From the NCBI GenBank assembly GCA_028820635.1, contig JAPPIG010000101.1:17484-81483 (forward strand): 64,000 nt of DNA, in the 5' to 3' direction. The notes beneath the pieces were generated by a model. That model made no database searches and was not told the origin of the DNA. It was given only the letters and a program-made list of their open reading frames with translations. Both the position numbers and the translations under genes were made by a program. This document shows positions 36,551 through 45,435 of the stretch, piece by piece; the first letter of the stretch is position 1; the number at the start of each line of letters is the position of its first letter. Source of the DNA: Candidatus Poribacteria bacterium. Lineage in GTDB: Bacteria > Poribacteria > WGA-4E > WGA-3G.

Positions 36551-39037
36551 TTACCACGCGCGAATTTTGGATAGTTCCGTCTGTTTTTGACACAAACTGG
36601 CGTAAGTGCCATCTTTAGCAATTAACTCCTCATGTGTTCCCATTTCGTCAACCTCACCTTCTTTTAACACGATGAGTCTATCGGCATATTTTAGGGTTGA
36701 CAACCTATGCGCGATTGCAAACACCGTTCTTCCTTGCACGAGCCGTTCCAAAGCCTCTTGGATTTTGGATTCTGTTTCAGTATCAACTGATGAAGTGGCT
36801 TCGTCTAAAATCAGGATTCTCGGATTTTTCAAGATTGCGCGTGCGATAGAGATCCTTTGCCGTTCACCACCAGAAACGCGTGCGCCTCGTTCACCGACCA
36901 TTGTGTCGTAACCGTCAGGGAATTTGATAATGAAATCGTGAGCATTTGCGGCTTTCGCAGATGCGATAATCTCATGCCGAGATGCGCCAGGTTTTGAGTA
37001 GCCGATATTTTCAGCGATTGTGCCTGCAAACAGAAATGGATCTTGTAATACTACGCCAACCTGTTGTCGTAGTGCTTTAAGCCGAATTTCTTTGCTATTG
37101 TGACCATCAATTTCTATTGTGCCTTCATTTGGGTCGTAAAAACGGGTAATTAAATTAATAAGCGTGCTTTTCCCCGCACCACTATGTCCTACCAATCCAA
37201 TCATTTCACCGGGTTGCACTTGGAAACTTACGCCATTTAGGGCGTCCTTTTCGCTATCGTAAGAGAAATAGACATCCTTAAATTCGATGGCACCTCTAAT
37301 ATTCGCGAGTGCAACGGCATCCCTTTTATCTGCAACGCTTGGTGGCGTATCCAAAATTTCAAACACACGTTCTGCTGAAGTGCCTGCTCGGATGAACCTT
37401 TCATTCATTTGGCAGAGGGTATACACGGGTCTAAAGAATTGCATCATGTATGATTGAAACATGAACAGGATACCAAGTGTTAAATCACCTTGAAAAATTT
37501 GCCATCCCCCAACTAACCAGATGATGATAGACCCTGAATAGGTAATAAATTCCATCATCGGACGGTAAAGTGTTCCAAGTTTTGCTGCGTTCATCTCTCC
37601 AGTAAACACCTGATGGGTTAAATCACTAAACCGACTAATCTCATATTGTTCTCGTGCGAATGCCTTGACAACACGCACCCCCGGGATTGTACTTGCCAGG
37701 ATTGTACTGATATTTGCGTACCGTTTCCATAAAACATGGTACACTTTGCTCATTTTTTTGCCAAAAAAGATTGTAAAGATGATAAGACAGGGTATCGGAA
37801 TTAATGTCCATAAAGCAAGTTTCCAATGATAGGAGAACATGAAAGTACACATAAAAAGGATGGTGAAAGTATCGCCGACTATATCTTGTAATCCATTTGC
37901 AACAAAGTCTCTGAGTCTGGACACATCATGCGTGATTCTGGACATCAGATTACCAGTGTCGCGTTCATGAAAAAAGTCAATAGAGAGCGCATTAAGATGT
38001 TCATAGGTCTCATTTTGCAGTCGTCGAGTGACATTCTGTCCTACCCACGCCATCATATACCCACGGATGGAGGAAGTTCCCATGGTAAAGACTCTAAGAC
38101 CTACCATCATAAAAATAATAGCAATTAGGTGTCCAAAACTACCACCGAGTGGCATACTGCCGAACCATCCACCTAACGTGTCTGCTATACCTTGCAATTG
38201 CCCCCAAGATGTTTCTGGCAGTGCTTGATTAGTAGAGACTGCAGTTCCGACTGGCATCAAAATATTGTCGATCAGTTCTTTACTTAGAATAGGTGGGAGA
38301 ACCGCAACAAACCGGATTAACAACATCAATAAAAAAGCAGGAATGATGACATGTAAAAATGGGACAGCATATTTGAATAGACGGAAAATAAGTTTACTTT
38401 TTTTGACACAATTGACGCAGACACCAGACCAACTTGGGATAGGTTCACCGCATTTTTCACATCGGCTTTTATCGCCTCCAGGCTGCGTGCCATTACCACC
38501 ATTACCGCGCCTACCACGCCGCCTGCCGCCTGCGCCGGGACCGCCTCTGCCACGCCCTCCATCACCTGAATCAGCATCCTTAAGTGCAGATAATTTTTCT
38601 AATTCCGAAACAGCAAGGTTGAATTTTGGAGTTAACCTTTTTGAATAGCGTGCCAATTCAAAGGCATTTTCTGAGGTCGTAACCTTGAGTATGTTATTGC
38701 CGTACATCTCAAGGATTTCAATGTCTTCAACGGAGGTGAGGGACACCTCTCGTATGTCGTGTCCAAGGACACCGCTCTGATTGAAAGCAATCAGGCGCTT
38801 ATCTGTAACTAATAGCCAATCTTTTCCATAAGTGCTGTCAAACCGCAGGTCGGTTGAAACAGCAATCTTGATTTCCTCCCCTTTTTCAAGTAGTCCTTGT
38901 GCCTGTTTTTGTAGGAGTTCAGGCACTTCTTCCTTTGTCGTTAACTCGTTATTCCCCTTTTTTCGGCGCGGTTTTCCATTGAAAGACCCCATCCGATGGG
39001 ATCTCCCGCGTCCTGAACTTGACATAGGACCGTGCAT
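36551..39037 (-). CDS. ABC exporter (fused TMD-NBD) with an N-terminal PH-like domain, Gly/Arg-rich linker and zinc ribbon
   Basis: Walker A GHSGAGKST, signature VSGGERQR and Walker B ILILDEATS. A six-helix exporter TMD. The N-terminus has a bacterial PH-like segment (LLEKGEEIKIAV...DWLLVTDKRLIAF), GRGRGGPGAGGRRRGRRGNGGNG and CEKCGEPIPSWSGVCVNC. Confidence 0.8.
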   Translation of the reverse strand: MHGPMSSSGRGRSHRMGSFNGKPRRKKGNNELTTKEEVPELLQKQAQGLLEKGEEIKIAVSTDLRFDSTYGKDWLLVTDKRLIAFNQSGVLGHDIREVSLTSVEDIEILEMYGNNILKVTTSENAFELARYSKRLTPKFNLAVSELEKLSALKDADSGDGGRGRGGPGAGGRRRGRRGNGGNGTQPGGDKSRCEKCGEPIPSWSGVCVNCVKKSKLIFRLFKYAVPFLHVIIPAFLLMLLIRFVAVLPPILSKELIDNILMPVGTAVSTNQALPETSWGQLQGIADTLGGWFGSMPLGGSFGHLIAIIFMMVGLRVFTMGTSSIRGYMMAWVGQNVTRRLQNETYEHLNALSIDFFHERDTGNLMSRITHDVSRLRDFVANGLQDIVGDTFTILFMCTFMFSYHWKLALWTLIPIPCLIIFTIFFGKKMSKVYHVLWKRYANISTILASTIPGVRVVKAFAREQYEISRFSDLTHQVFTGEMNAAKLGTLYRPMMEFITYSGSIIIWLVGGWQIFQGDLTLGILFMFQSYMMQFFRPVYTLCQMNERFIRAGTSAERVFEILDTPPSVADKRDAVALANIRGAIEFKDVYFSYDSEKDALNGVSFQVQPGEMIGLVGHSGAGKSTLINLITRFYDPNEGTIEIDGHNSKEIRLKALRQQVGVVLQDPFLFAGTIAENIGYSKPGASRHEIIASAKAANAHDFIIKFPDGYDTMVGERGARVSGGERQRISIARAILKNPRILILDEATSSVDTETESKIQEALERLVQGRTVFAIAHRLSTLKYADRLIVLKEGEVDEMGTHEELIAKDGTYASLCQKQTELSKIRAW

Positions 39038-39384
39038 AAATCAAACTCCATAGCATTAATTTATACTAAAATTTGGTAAATATGCGAACATCTGCTAATA
39101 GTCGCACTTTGGAAACGGGCGTTCAATGATGTCAAAGTAATTACGGGTTTACTATAAAAGACTTTTCTTTTTAACGAATTTTTGGGGGAAAGGTTGAGTG
39201 AATTTTATTATGCTTACGGAGAGATGGATTTATCTTATGGCGATATTTGCACAGTTTGACTGAGGTTGTCAATGTCTGAAGTGTGGAGAAATATGTTACC
39301 ATAAGCAAGAGCGAGTATCTAATTTCAAATGTAAGGTAAGTTCAGCTTTCAGTTGTAATAACTTTGAAAGTAAGAGTTCTCGGA

Positions 39385-40146
39385 TTAATAGTCTATTACT
39401 TCTAACCCTTGCATCCGCTCAAGTGCAAAGACCCGAATATCTTGACGCAATTCACAGAATCCTTCTACACACAACGTCTGGCCAGAATCTCGACTGTTCG
39501 GTATATTAAATAACCGATCTGGGACAACTGTGCGCGTCATCCACGTCTTAGCGTTCGGCTTCTTATAGTCAAACTGAATTCTCTGATTATTCTCAATAGC
39601 AGATTGGATCTCCTTAACTTGTGGCGCGAACTCTGATTGGGACGGATTCAGGGTAAAACTATCAAAAATATCACCTTTACCGTACATACTGTCATGACAT
39701 ACCTTGCAAATCAATTCGAGATTATCCAATTCGTTGGTTCCGCCTTCACATAAATCAATTTCATGTATCAGATAAACGTCCCGCTCTTCTCCACAACTTA
39801 AGCAAATTGAACCGTTTTGCTGGATGAGGTGGCGTTTGCGCTCATGCCAATCTGGTGGCCAACTCGGCAAGAAGTCATAAATTGAGGTTAAAGTGTTTTT
39901 TAGTTTTGTTAGTTCAGAAGATAAACTTTCAACCTCTTCCTCTGATGCTACTTCTTTATTTGGAACTTCGTCACGCACAAAGAGAGACATAATGAGTTGT
40001 GAACTGTGTTGACGCAAGATACTTTCAATTTCATCTTCCCGTATTTGCAGCTTGAGCAGACAAGAAGTGTGAAGATGATCGCCATTGGACAGCATCATAT
40101 CGTATTCATAGTCTGCAAATTGTTTGCACACGGTACAGTAAGACAT
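39385..40146 (-). CDS. Zinc-finger / HNH endonuclease / WYL-like domain protein
   Basis: N-terminal CxxC...HxHxxC. HNH core CLSCGEERDVYLIHEIDLCEGGTNELDNLELICKVCH. The C-terminus IQFDYKKPN...RTVVPDRLF...LCVEGFCELRQDIRVFALERMQGLEVI follows the WYL-domain pattern. I prefer ATG 40146 (AGGGA 6 nt upstream) over the ORF-track TTG at 40152. Confidence 0.7.
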   Translation of the reverse strand: MSYCTVCKQFADYEYDMMLSNGDHLHTSCLLKLQIREDEIESILRQHSSQLIMSLFVRDEVPNKEVASEEEVESLSSELTKLKNTLTSIYDFLPSWPPDWHERKRHLIQQNGSICLSCGEERDVYLIHEIDLCEGGTNELDNLELICKVCHDSMYGKGDIFDSFTLNPSQSEFAPQVKEIQSAIENNQRIQFDYKKPNAKTWMTRTVVPDRLFNIPNSRDSGQTLCVEGFCELRQDIRVFALERMQGLEVIDY

Positions 40147-40160
40147 TTTCAATCCCTATT

Positions 40161-41765
40161 TTAATTGTCAAAACTTTCTGCTGAGGGACGTTCCTGCATA
40201 ACAGGAATCACATAACTCCGAATCTTAAAATCTTCTATTTCCTCTGTCTCAGCACGTGGTTCTGGATTAGTGCGATGGTCAAAGACAACATAGTACCCTT
40301 CCGTTGCGCTTTCTAATTTGAGATATGATGCAAGTTGCCGCTTACCTTTCTGATAACTTACTTCGCCTCTCCACACTTTTGTCTCCACCACGTATTTTCG
40401 TTGATTATGCGTGATTAATAAATCCATCCTACCGCGCCCTGTTTGCACCTCAATGTGCATAAAGCCGCCTACTAACCGAACAAACTGCTCAAGATACGCA
40501 AGCAGCAGATGCCGACCTACAGATTCTTGTGGTGTATCTGGCACTTGTAGTATATTAAATCCCGCACGTGCGATGAAATCTCGGAAGTTATCAAGCAGTG
40601 CTCCCATTTCTATATGTCCAGTTGTAGAAAGGTAATCGAGAAAGCCTTCGCGGGTGTCTTCAGGCAGATATTCCTGCTCTAACCCGTTCACTGCTGGTTT
40701 GAACGTTTGTAAGATGCAATAAAAATAAATTGGGTTCGCAATTTCACACATGCCATCTGTGCCTTGTTTTATAACGCCATAAGTTGCAAGTTCACTGATA
40801 AGATCGTCGCGAAGATTGAAAGCTGGACCATCATCAGTTGCGGTAATTCTCATCAAGATACTTTCAAAGCGTGGGTTTCTGCGGATATTTGTTGTCAAAT
40901 GGTCAATGTTGGTATTGCGTTCATGAAGCAGCTGGAAGTGTGCTTGTGAGAAGTGATCCATCGTAATTGATTCTGTCTTTGGAATGTCAAGTTCACCAGT
41001 CAGTATTTGTGCGATTCTATTGACAAGGAAAGGTTGTCCTACAGTCTGTTTATGGATAGATTCAATTACCTTTGGCAAAAAGGATTGTCCGACTTCTTCC
41101 GTATACTGCTGTAGGAGTTCATGCACTTGTTCACATGTGAAGTTTGGGAGGTGGAATTCATCTTGAATATTGAAGGGGGAGATAGATCGGTCATAATTGA
41201 GTTGTGCGATACTTTTAACTCCGACAATCCCAACGCTGTGAGGACATCGCGGTTCATCAGAAAGATAAATGTGTCGAAGAGCATATAGGAAATCACTTAC
41301 GGATGTCTGTGGAATACCATCAAACTCATCAATAATGATTACAACCTTGTTCTTTTCTAAAAAATCAGAAAGTTGTTGAAAAAACGTGATCATTGAAAAA
41401 GCATCGGTTAGTTGTGTATTATCAAAAAATAATGTAAGGTTTTCTGAAAGTGTCTTTCCACGCTTCTGAAAGACACTTTCTATCTCCTTGCGCAGCATGT
41501 AGAGGAATCTCTCATAAAAAACGGTAGGAGATATATCGCGCATTACCTGAAAATCCAGGCGAATCGTAAAGTATGTAGTATCTTCAGATGCAAGTGTGTC
41601 AAGAGACCAGCGAAAAAATGTGGTTTTACCAGTCTGGCGCGGTGCGAAGATAACGATATAACGTCCGTCTTTGACGCGGTCAATGAAATCGTCAAGCTCG
41701 GCAGAACGACTGACAACATAATTCTTTTTCGGATGGACGGGACCTTGTGTGCCAAAACGTCTCAT
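40161..41765 (-). CDS. P-loop ATPase (ORC/Cdc6- or AAA_35-like) fused to a C-terminal PD-(D/E)xK nuclease domain
   Basis: NYVVSRSAELDDFIDRVKDGRYIVIFAPRQTGKTT (Walker A) and VVIIIDEFD (Walker B). C-terminal GRGRMDLLITHNQRKYVVETKVW (D...ExK). I prefer ATG 41765 (MRRFGTQGP, AAGGA upstream). The ORF-track start at 41891 overlaps the MlrC gene. Confidence 0.7.
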   Translation of the reverse strand: MRRFGTQGPVHPKKNYVVSRSAELDDFIDRVKDGRYIVIFAPRQTGKTTFFRWSLDTLASEDTTYFTIRLDFQVMRDISPTVFYERFLYMLRKEIESVFQKRGKTLSENLTLFFDNTQLTDAFSMITFFQQLSDFLEKNKVVIIIDEFDGIPQTSVSDFLYALRHIYLSDEPRCPHSVGIVGVKSIAQLNYDRSISPFNIQDEFHLPNFTCEQVHELLQQYTEEVGQSFLPKVIESIHKQTVGQPFLVNRIAQILTGELDIPKTESITMDHFSQAHFQLLHERNTNIDHLTTNIRRNPRFESILMRITATDDGPAFNLRDDLISELATYGVIKQGTDGMCEIANPIYFYCILQTFKPAVNGLEQEYLPEDTREGFLDYLSTTGHIEMGALLDNFRDFIARAGFNILQVPDTPQESVGRHLLLAYLEQFVRLVGGFMHIEVQTGRGRMDLLITHNQRKYVVETKVWRGEVSYQKGKRQLASYLKLESATEGYYVVFDHRTNPEPRAETEEIEDFKIRSYVIPVMQERPSAESFDN

Positions 41766-41853
41766 TTTGTTTTCCTTCATCTGTGGTATCTTACAAAGAC
41801 AAGGATACCACAGGAAGAGTCGGTTGTCAAGAGTCGTGTAAAAGAAGGTCTTT

Positions 41854-43308
41854 TCAATCCAACGGGAACAACGGCCGCCGAACATTCTCATACTTAAAAT
41901 GCAGCGGATTCACAGCAGTCAATCCTGGTGTATCCACCTCAATAATCTTCCCCGCAATCGGTTCGTAAGCAGCACGATATGCAATTGCCGCTTTCACAAC
42001 AATCATTCGCATTGCCTTTGGATTGATGCCGAGACTCAGTAATTGCTGCAGGCTAAACGGTGTTTGACGTTTACTTGTCAGCATCACTAACGAATCCGCT
42101 ACTGCTACAACAGCTGTTAACCCTTGATTGTGATATTTTTGTCCGCCGTGGCGTGGTTCGGTTTCAATAAAATGACCATCATGAATTAAGCGGACTTTGC
42201 CGTTAATCGCTACTGGATCACCGTGCAGTTTATCTGCCTTTCCACCGACCTGTAAGGAAACTTCATTACCAACACCTGCCTGAATACAGGTTTGCACACT
42301 CTCAGGATCGCATAGAATAACAACAAATCCTGATACTTTTTGTCGCAACAACTCCGCCAGAATGAAAGTGCTGTCACCGGGTGATCCGCCGCCAATATTA
42401 TCTCCCATTTCAACAAGAATTATCGGATATTGATCGCTTGAAATTGCTTGCTGGACAGCGTGGGCAGCATCTGGCAGATTGAGTGTTAATTGGTCGTGGA
42501 CATTCCACAACATATCTGATAACCGAGTAGCCTCTGTTTTTGCAAGTTGTGGGTTATCGTCCGTTACGACAACGAAGGATGGACCTATTTCATAGACATC
42601 TGCGTAAGGATATCCTGCAGCGACATTTGCGACAAGAACGTTAGAATTGTCTTCAAGATGCTGTGCCGCGTTCAGAGTAGAACGCATAGGTTCAGCACTT
42701 GTATTTTGATATAGGATATTGAGAATCATAGGTGGTTTCGCAAGCACCTGCGTAGGTGTTACCTCTTTTCTGAGAATACGCATCATCAATTCTGCTGCCT
42801 GTAACCCACGTTGCCGCTGATCAATGTGTGGATTTGTTTTGTATATTACAAGTGCTGTTGACTTGTCAACCATCTGTTGAGAGACATTTGCGTGATGGTC
42901 AAGTGTAACAACAATTGGCAAAGATTCTCCAAAAATGTCCCGAAGCCTCCGCAATACTTCCCCGTCGCCATCAGGAAAACTCTCTACGACCATTGCGCCG
43001 TGCAGCGCAAGCAGTAATCCATCCAGTTTCGGCATTGCTTTGAGTTTCAGTATAAGCATATCAGTGAGTTTTTCAAATGCCTTATCAGTTACAGGGCCAG
43101 CAGGTGTTGCGGCAGCCATTAAAGTCGGATGTGCTGTGTAACCATGCTGTTCAGCACCTTGAATAAATCCGCCCATTTCATGATGTGTCCCCTTCCAAAC
43201 CGATAATAAATCATCTCCAATAGTATGAGAAAATGCCTCAAAGTCCGTTGGTGTATCACTAAACGTATTAGATTCGTGCATGATTCCACCGATAGCAATC
43301 GTAACCAT
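41854..43308 (-). CDS. M81 family metallopeptidase (MlrC-like)
   Basis: IAIGGIMHESNTF start and the MlrC N- and C-domain layout. I prefer ATG 43308 (AAGGGGA upstream) over the ORF-track TTG at 43332. Confidence 0.7.
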   Translation of the reverse strand: MVTIAIGGIMHESNTFSDTPTDFEAFSHTIGDDLLSVWKGTHHEMGGFIQGAEQHGYTAHPTLMAAATPAGPVTDKAFEKLTDMLILKLKAMPKLDGLLLALHGAMVVESFPDGDGEVLRRLRDIFGESLPIVVTLDHHANVSQQMVDKSTALVIYKTNPHIDQRQRGLQAAELMMRILRKEVTPTQVLAKPPMILNILYQNTSAEPMRSTLNAAQHLEDNSNVLVANVAAGYPYADVYEIGPSFVVVTDDNPQLAKTEATRLSDMLWNVHDQLTLNLPDAAHAVQQAISSDQYPIILVEMGDNIGGGSPGDSTFILAELLRQKVSGFVVILCDPESVQTCIQAGVGNEVSLQVGGKADKLHGDPVAINGKVRLIHDGHFIETEPRHGGQKYHNQGLTAVVAVADSLVMLTSKRQTPFSLQQLLSLGINPKAMRMIVVKAAIAYRAAYEPIAGKIIEVDTPGLTAVNPLHFKYENVRRPLFPLD

Positions 43309-43389
43309 AATGATTCCCCTTTGAAAATTCAATCTGTGAAAGTGGTTCTGTTCTAAAATATCGTATCTGAATATTCTATAGACTAAATA

Positions 43390-43667
43390 TAACGTGAGTT
43401 CGGTATAAGCAACTTTCGGAATCGGCAGAATATGCCTCCTAAAAACTATTGTTATTTTGTATACTAAAATAATACCGGATTTTTAGAGTCAATTATGACT
43501 ATTTTAGTCATAATTGACTTACCAATCCAGTAATAACAAAGGATCGTAGCACATTACAAAATCCTATCATTTTCCGATTGACTCTAAAAACTCTAATAAT
43601 CTTTTTATAACGTAAATACGGAGAAAAGATATGGAATTTTTCAGGTCTTTATACCGAACTCACGTTA
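43390..43667. mobile_element. MITE-like non-coding element with 19-bp perfect terminal inverted repeats
   Basis: TAACGTGAGTTCGGTATAA (43390-43408) and its exact reverse complement (43649-43667). Nested inverted repeats TTTTTAGAGTCAAT (43480-43493) / ATTGACTCTAAAAA (43577-43590) and GTCAATTATGAC (43488-43499) / GTCATAATTGAC (43507-43518). No ORF. Confidence 0.6.
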
Positions 43668-43690
43668 CAATACAAGTATTTAAAAATATC

Positions 43691-43720
43691 TTGACGGAGA
43701 GCGTAAAAATAGTGTATTAT
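43691..43720 (+). promoter_or_regulatory. Sigma70-type promoter candidate for the HD-domain gene
   Basis: TTGACG (43691-43696), an 18-nt spacer, then TATTAT (43715-43720), about 85 nt upstream of the ATG at 43805. Confidence 0.4.
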
Positions 43721-43804
43721 TTAACACTGTTTTAATCTCCGAATTTCTAACAAATGTATTGTTTACAGGTATTTATAGGCGTGAATTGAGTAGCGATAGG
43801 ACGC

Positions 43805-44410
43805 ATGGCGGAAAATGACATTCGGAAAAACCGTATTGAAGAAGCGATAGAACTCGCCGCACAGGCACACGATGGGCAATTTCGGAAAGGTACTAAAACC
43901 CCGTATATATCGCATCCGTATGCTGTCGGTCTTATGTTGATGGATGCTGGCTGTTCAGAAGCAGTTGTGATAGCAGGAATTTTGCATGATACGGTTGAGG
44001 ATACCGACCTGACATTGGCGTGCATTCGGGATAGTTTTGGTGAACCTATCGCGGAAATTGTTGATGGATGTTCTGAAAATAAATCTTTGCGGTGGCGGGA
44101 GCGAAAGACTGAACGTATTGAAGCATTAAAAAGCGCCAGTACTGAGGTTTGCCTTGTAACATGTGCCGACAAACTTCATAATTTACGTACCGTGATTTCG
44201 GAATTCGACGACATCGGTGATGCGGTATGGGAACGTTTTCACGGTGGTTTAGAGGCACAAGCGTGGTACTACCAAAGTATTTTAGAGAGTTTGCGAACAC
44301 ATATAGATAAAAAGGTGTCGTGTGACGGGATTGTCCAGAAACAATTCAAGATTATTTTTCAACAACTGCAACAAGCTGTGATATATCTGTTTGAAGGGAA
44401 GATAGAATGA
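43805..44410 (+). CDS. RelA/SpoT-type HD-domain protein (small alarmone hydrolase-like)
   Basis: AAQAHDGQFRKGTKTPYISHPYAVG and GILHDTVEDT; 201 aa, with no synthetase domain. Confidence 0.75.
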   Translation: MAENDIRKNRIEEAIELAAQAHDGQFRKGTKTPYISHPYAVGLMLMDAGCSEAVVIAGILHDTVEDTDLTLACIRDSFGEPIAEIVDGCSENKSLRWRERKTERIEALKSASTEVCLVTCADKLHNLRTVISEFDDIGDAVWERFHGGLEAQAWYYQSILESLRTHIDKKVSCDGIVQKQFKIIFQQLQQAVIYLFEGKIE

Positions 44411-45306
44411 AGATTGCGTATGCTTTTCGGCGGTGTGCATCTTATCCATATAACGGTGGTGGACTACCCACCGATACTAAAAATCAACAACAATTTCTGC
44501 AAAAGGCGAAAGAAATCGGATTTGAAGGTATTGAACTACCGACAATGAACCTGCCAGATGCAGAGATTGGGACACTCCGCACGCAGCTTGAAGATGCAGG
44601 CATGCCGTGTGTTGCAATACGGGGTGGTGGCGGTGCTGCCCATCCGCGTGTTGCTGCTGGGAATAAACAAGCCATGATAAATGCAGTTAATTTTGCTGCC
44701 AAAATAGGTGCAAATGTAGTGAATTCTACAGTCACTACGCCACCACGGGATCCGAACGGCAAAGGCACGTATCGTGGTGAGCCTGTCTCGCAAGGCTCAA
44801 GCCGCCAAGCAAGCGCAATAGATTATGAACAGACAGCGACTGCAGTCTCTGAAGTGGCTTCTATTGCTGTTGACCAAAACGTTTCTATCTCCATTGAGGT
44901 CCATCAAAATTCAATTGTGGACAACAGTTGGTCAGCACTACATCTGTTGGAGTTAATTGATGCACCAAATGTCGGTATCAATCCAGACTTAGGCAACATC
45001 TATTGGACTTATGATATTCCAGAGGAATCGTGCGAAGATGCTATTGTAGCACTTGCACCGCATGTCAACTATTGGCATTGCAAGAGCCTTTATCGTGTGC
45101 ATATACCAGATTTAGAAACTGCTATCTACGTTCAAGTGCCACTTCCAGATGGGGAAATTGACTATCGTTTTGCCATTGCTGCACTGTTAGATGCGGACTA
45201 TGATGGATATCTCGCAATAGAAGGTGTCCGATATGGCGATCAGTTCCATCAAGATGGACGGAGTGTCGCGTATGTTAAATCCGTTATAGCGGATCTCAAG
45301 TCGTAA
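44407..45306 (+). CDS. Sugar phosphate isomerase/epimerase (xylose isomerase-like TIM barrel)
   Basis: 299 aa. GFEGIEL, SIEVHQNS and LAIEG motifs. Its ATGA overlaps the upstream HD gene. Confidence 0.65.
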   Translation: MKIAYAFRRCASYPYNGGGLPTDTKNQQQFLQKAKEIGFEGIELPTMNLPDAEIGTLRTQLEDAGMPCVAIRGGGGAAHPRVAAGNKQAMINAVNFAAKIGANVVNSTVTTPPRDPNGKGTYRGEPVSQGSSRQASAIDYEQTATAVSEVASIAVDQNVSISIEVHQNSIVDNSWSALHLLELIDAPNVGINPDLGNIYWTYDIPEESCEDAIVALAPHVNYWHCKSLYRVHIPDLETAIYVQVPLPDGEIDYRFAIAALLDADYDGYLAIEGVRYGDQFHQDGRSVAYVKSVIADLKS

Positions 45307-45435
45307 AACTAACTTTTGACCAAAATTTGATGAATACTGCTGAAACTTCTGCGTTTTGACCGACACCAAAATTATTTAATCCAGATATCCAAATTATTTC
45401 AATTTTAGACCTGTTCGATTCTACATCCCAAAATT

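Noticed and set aside
43747-44172. 141-aa minus-strand ORF opposite the HD-domain gene.
   Set aside because: It is antisense to a CDS with clear RelA/SpoT HD motifs, and its composition is low-complexity Ser/Arg-rich, which is typical of antisense frames.
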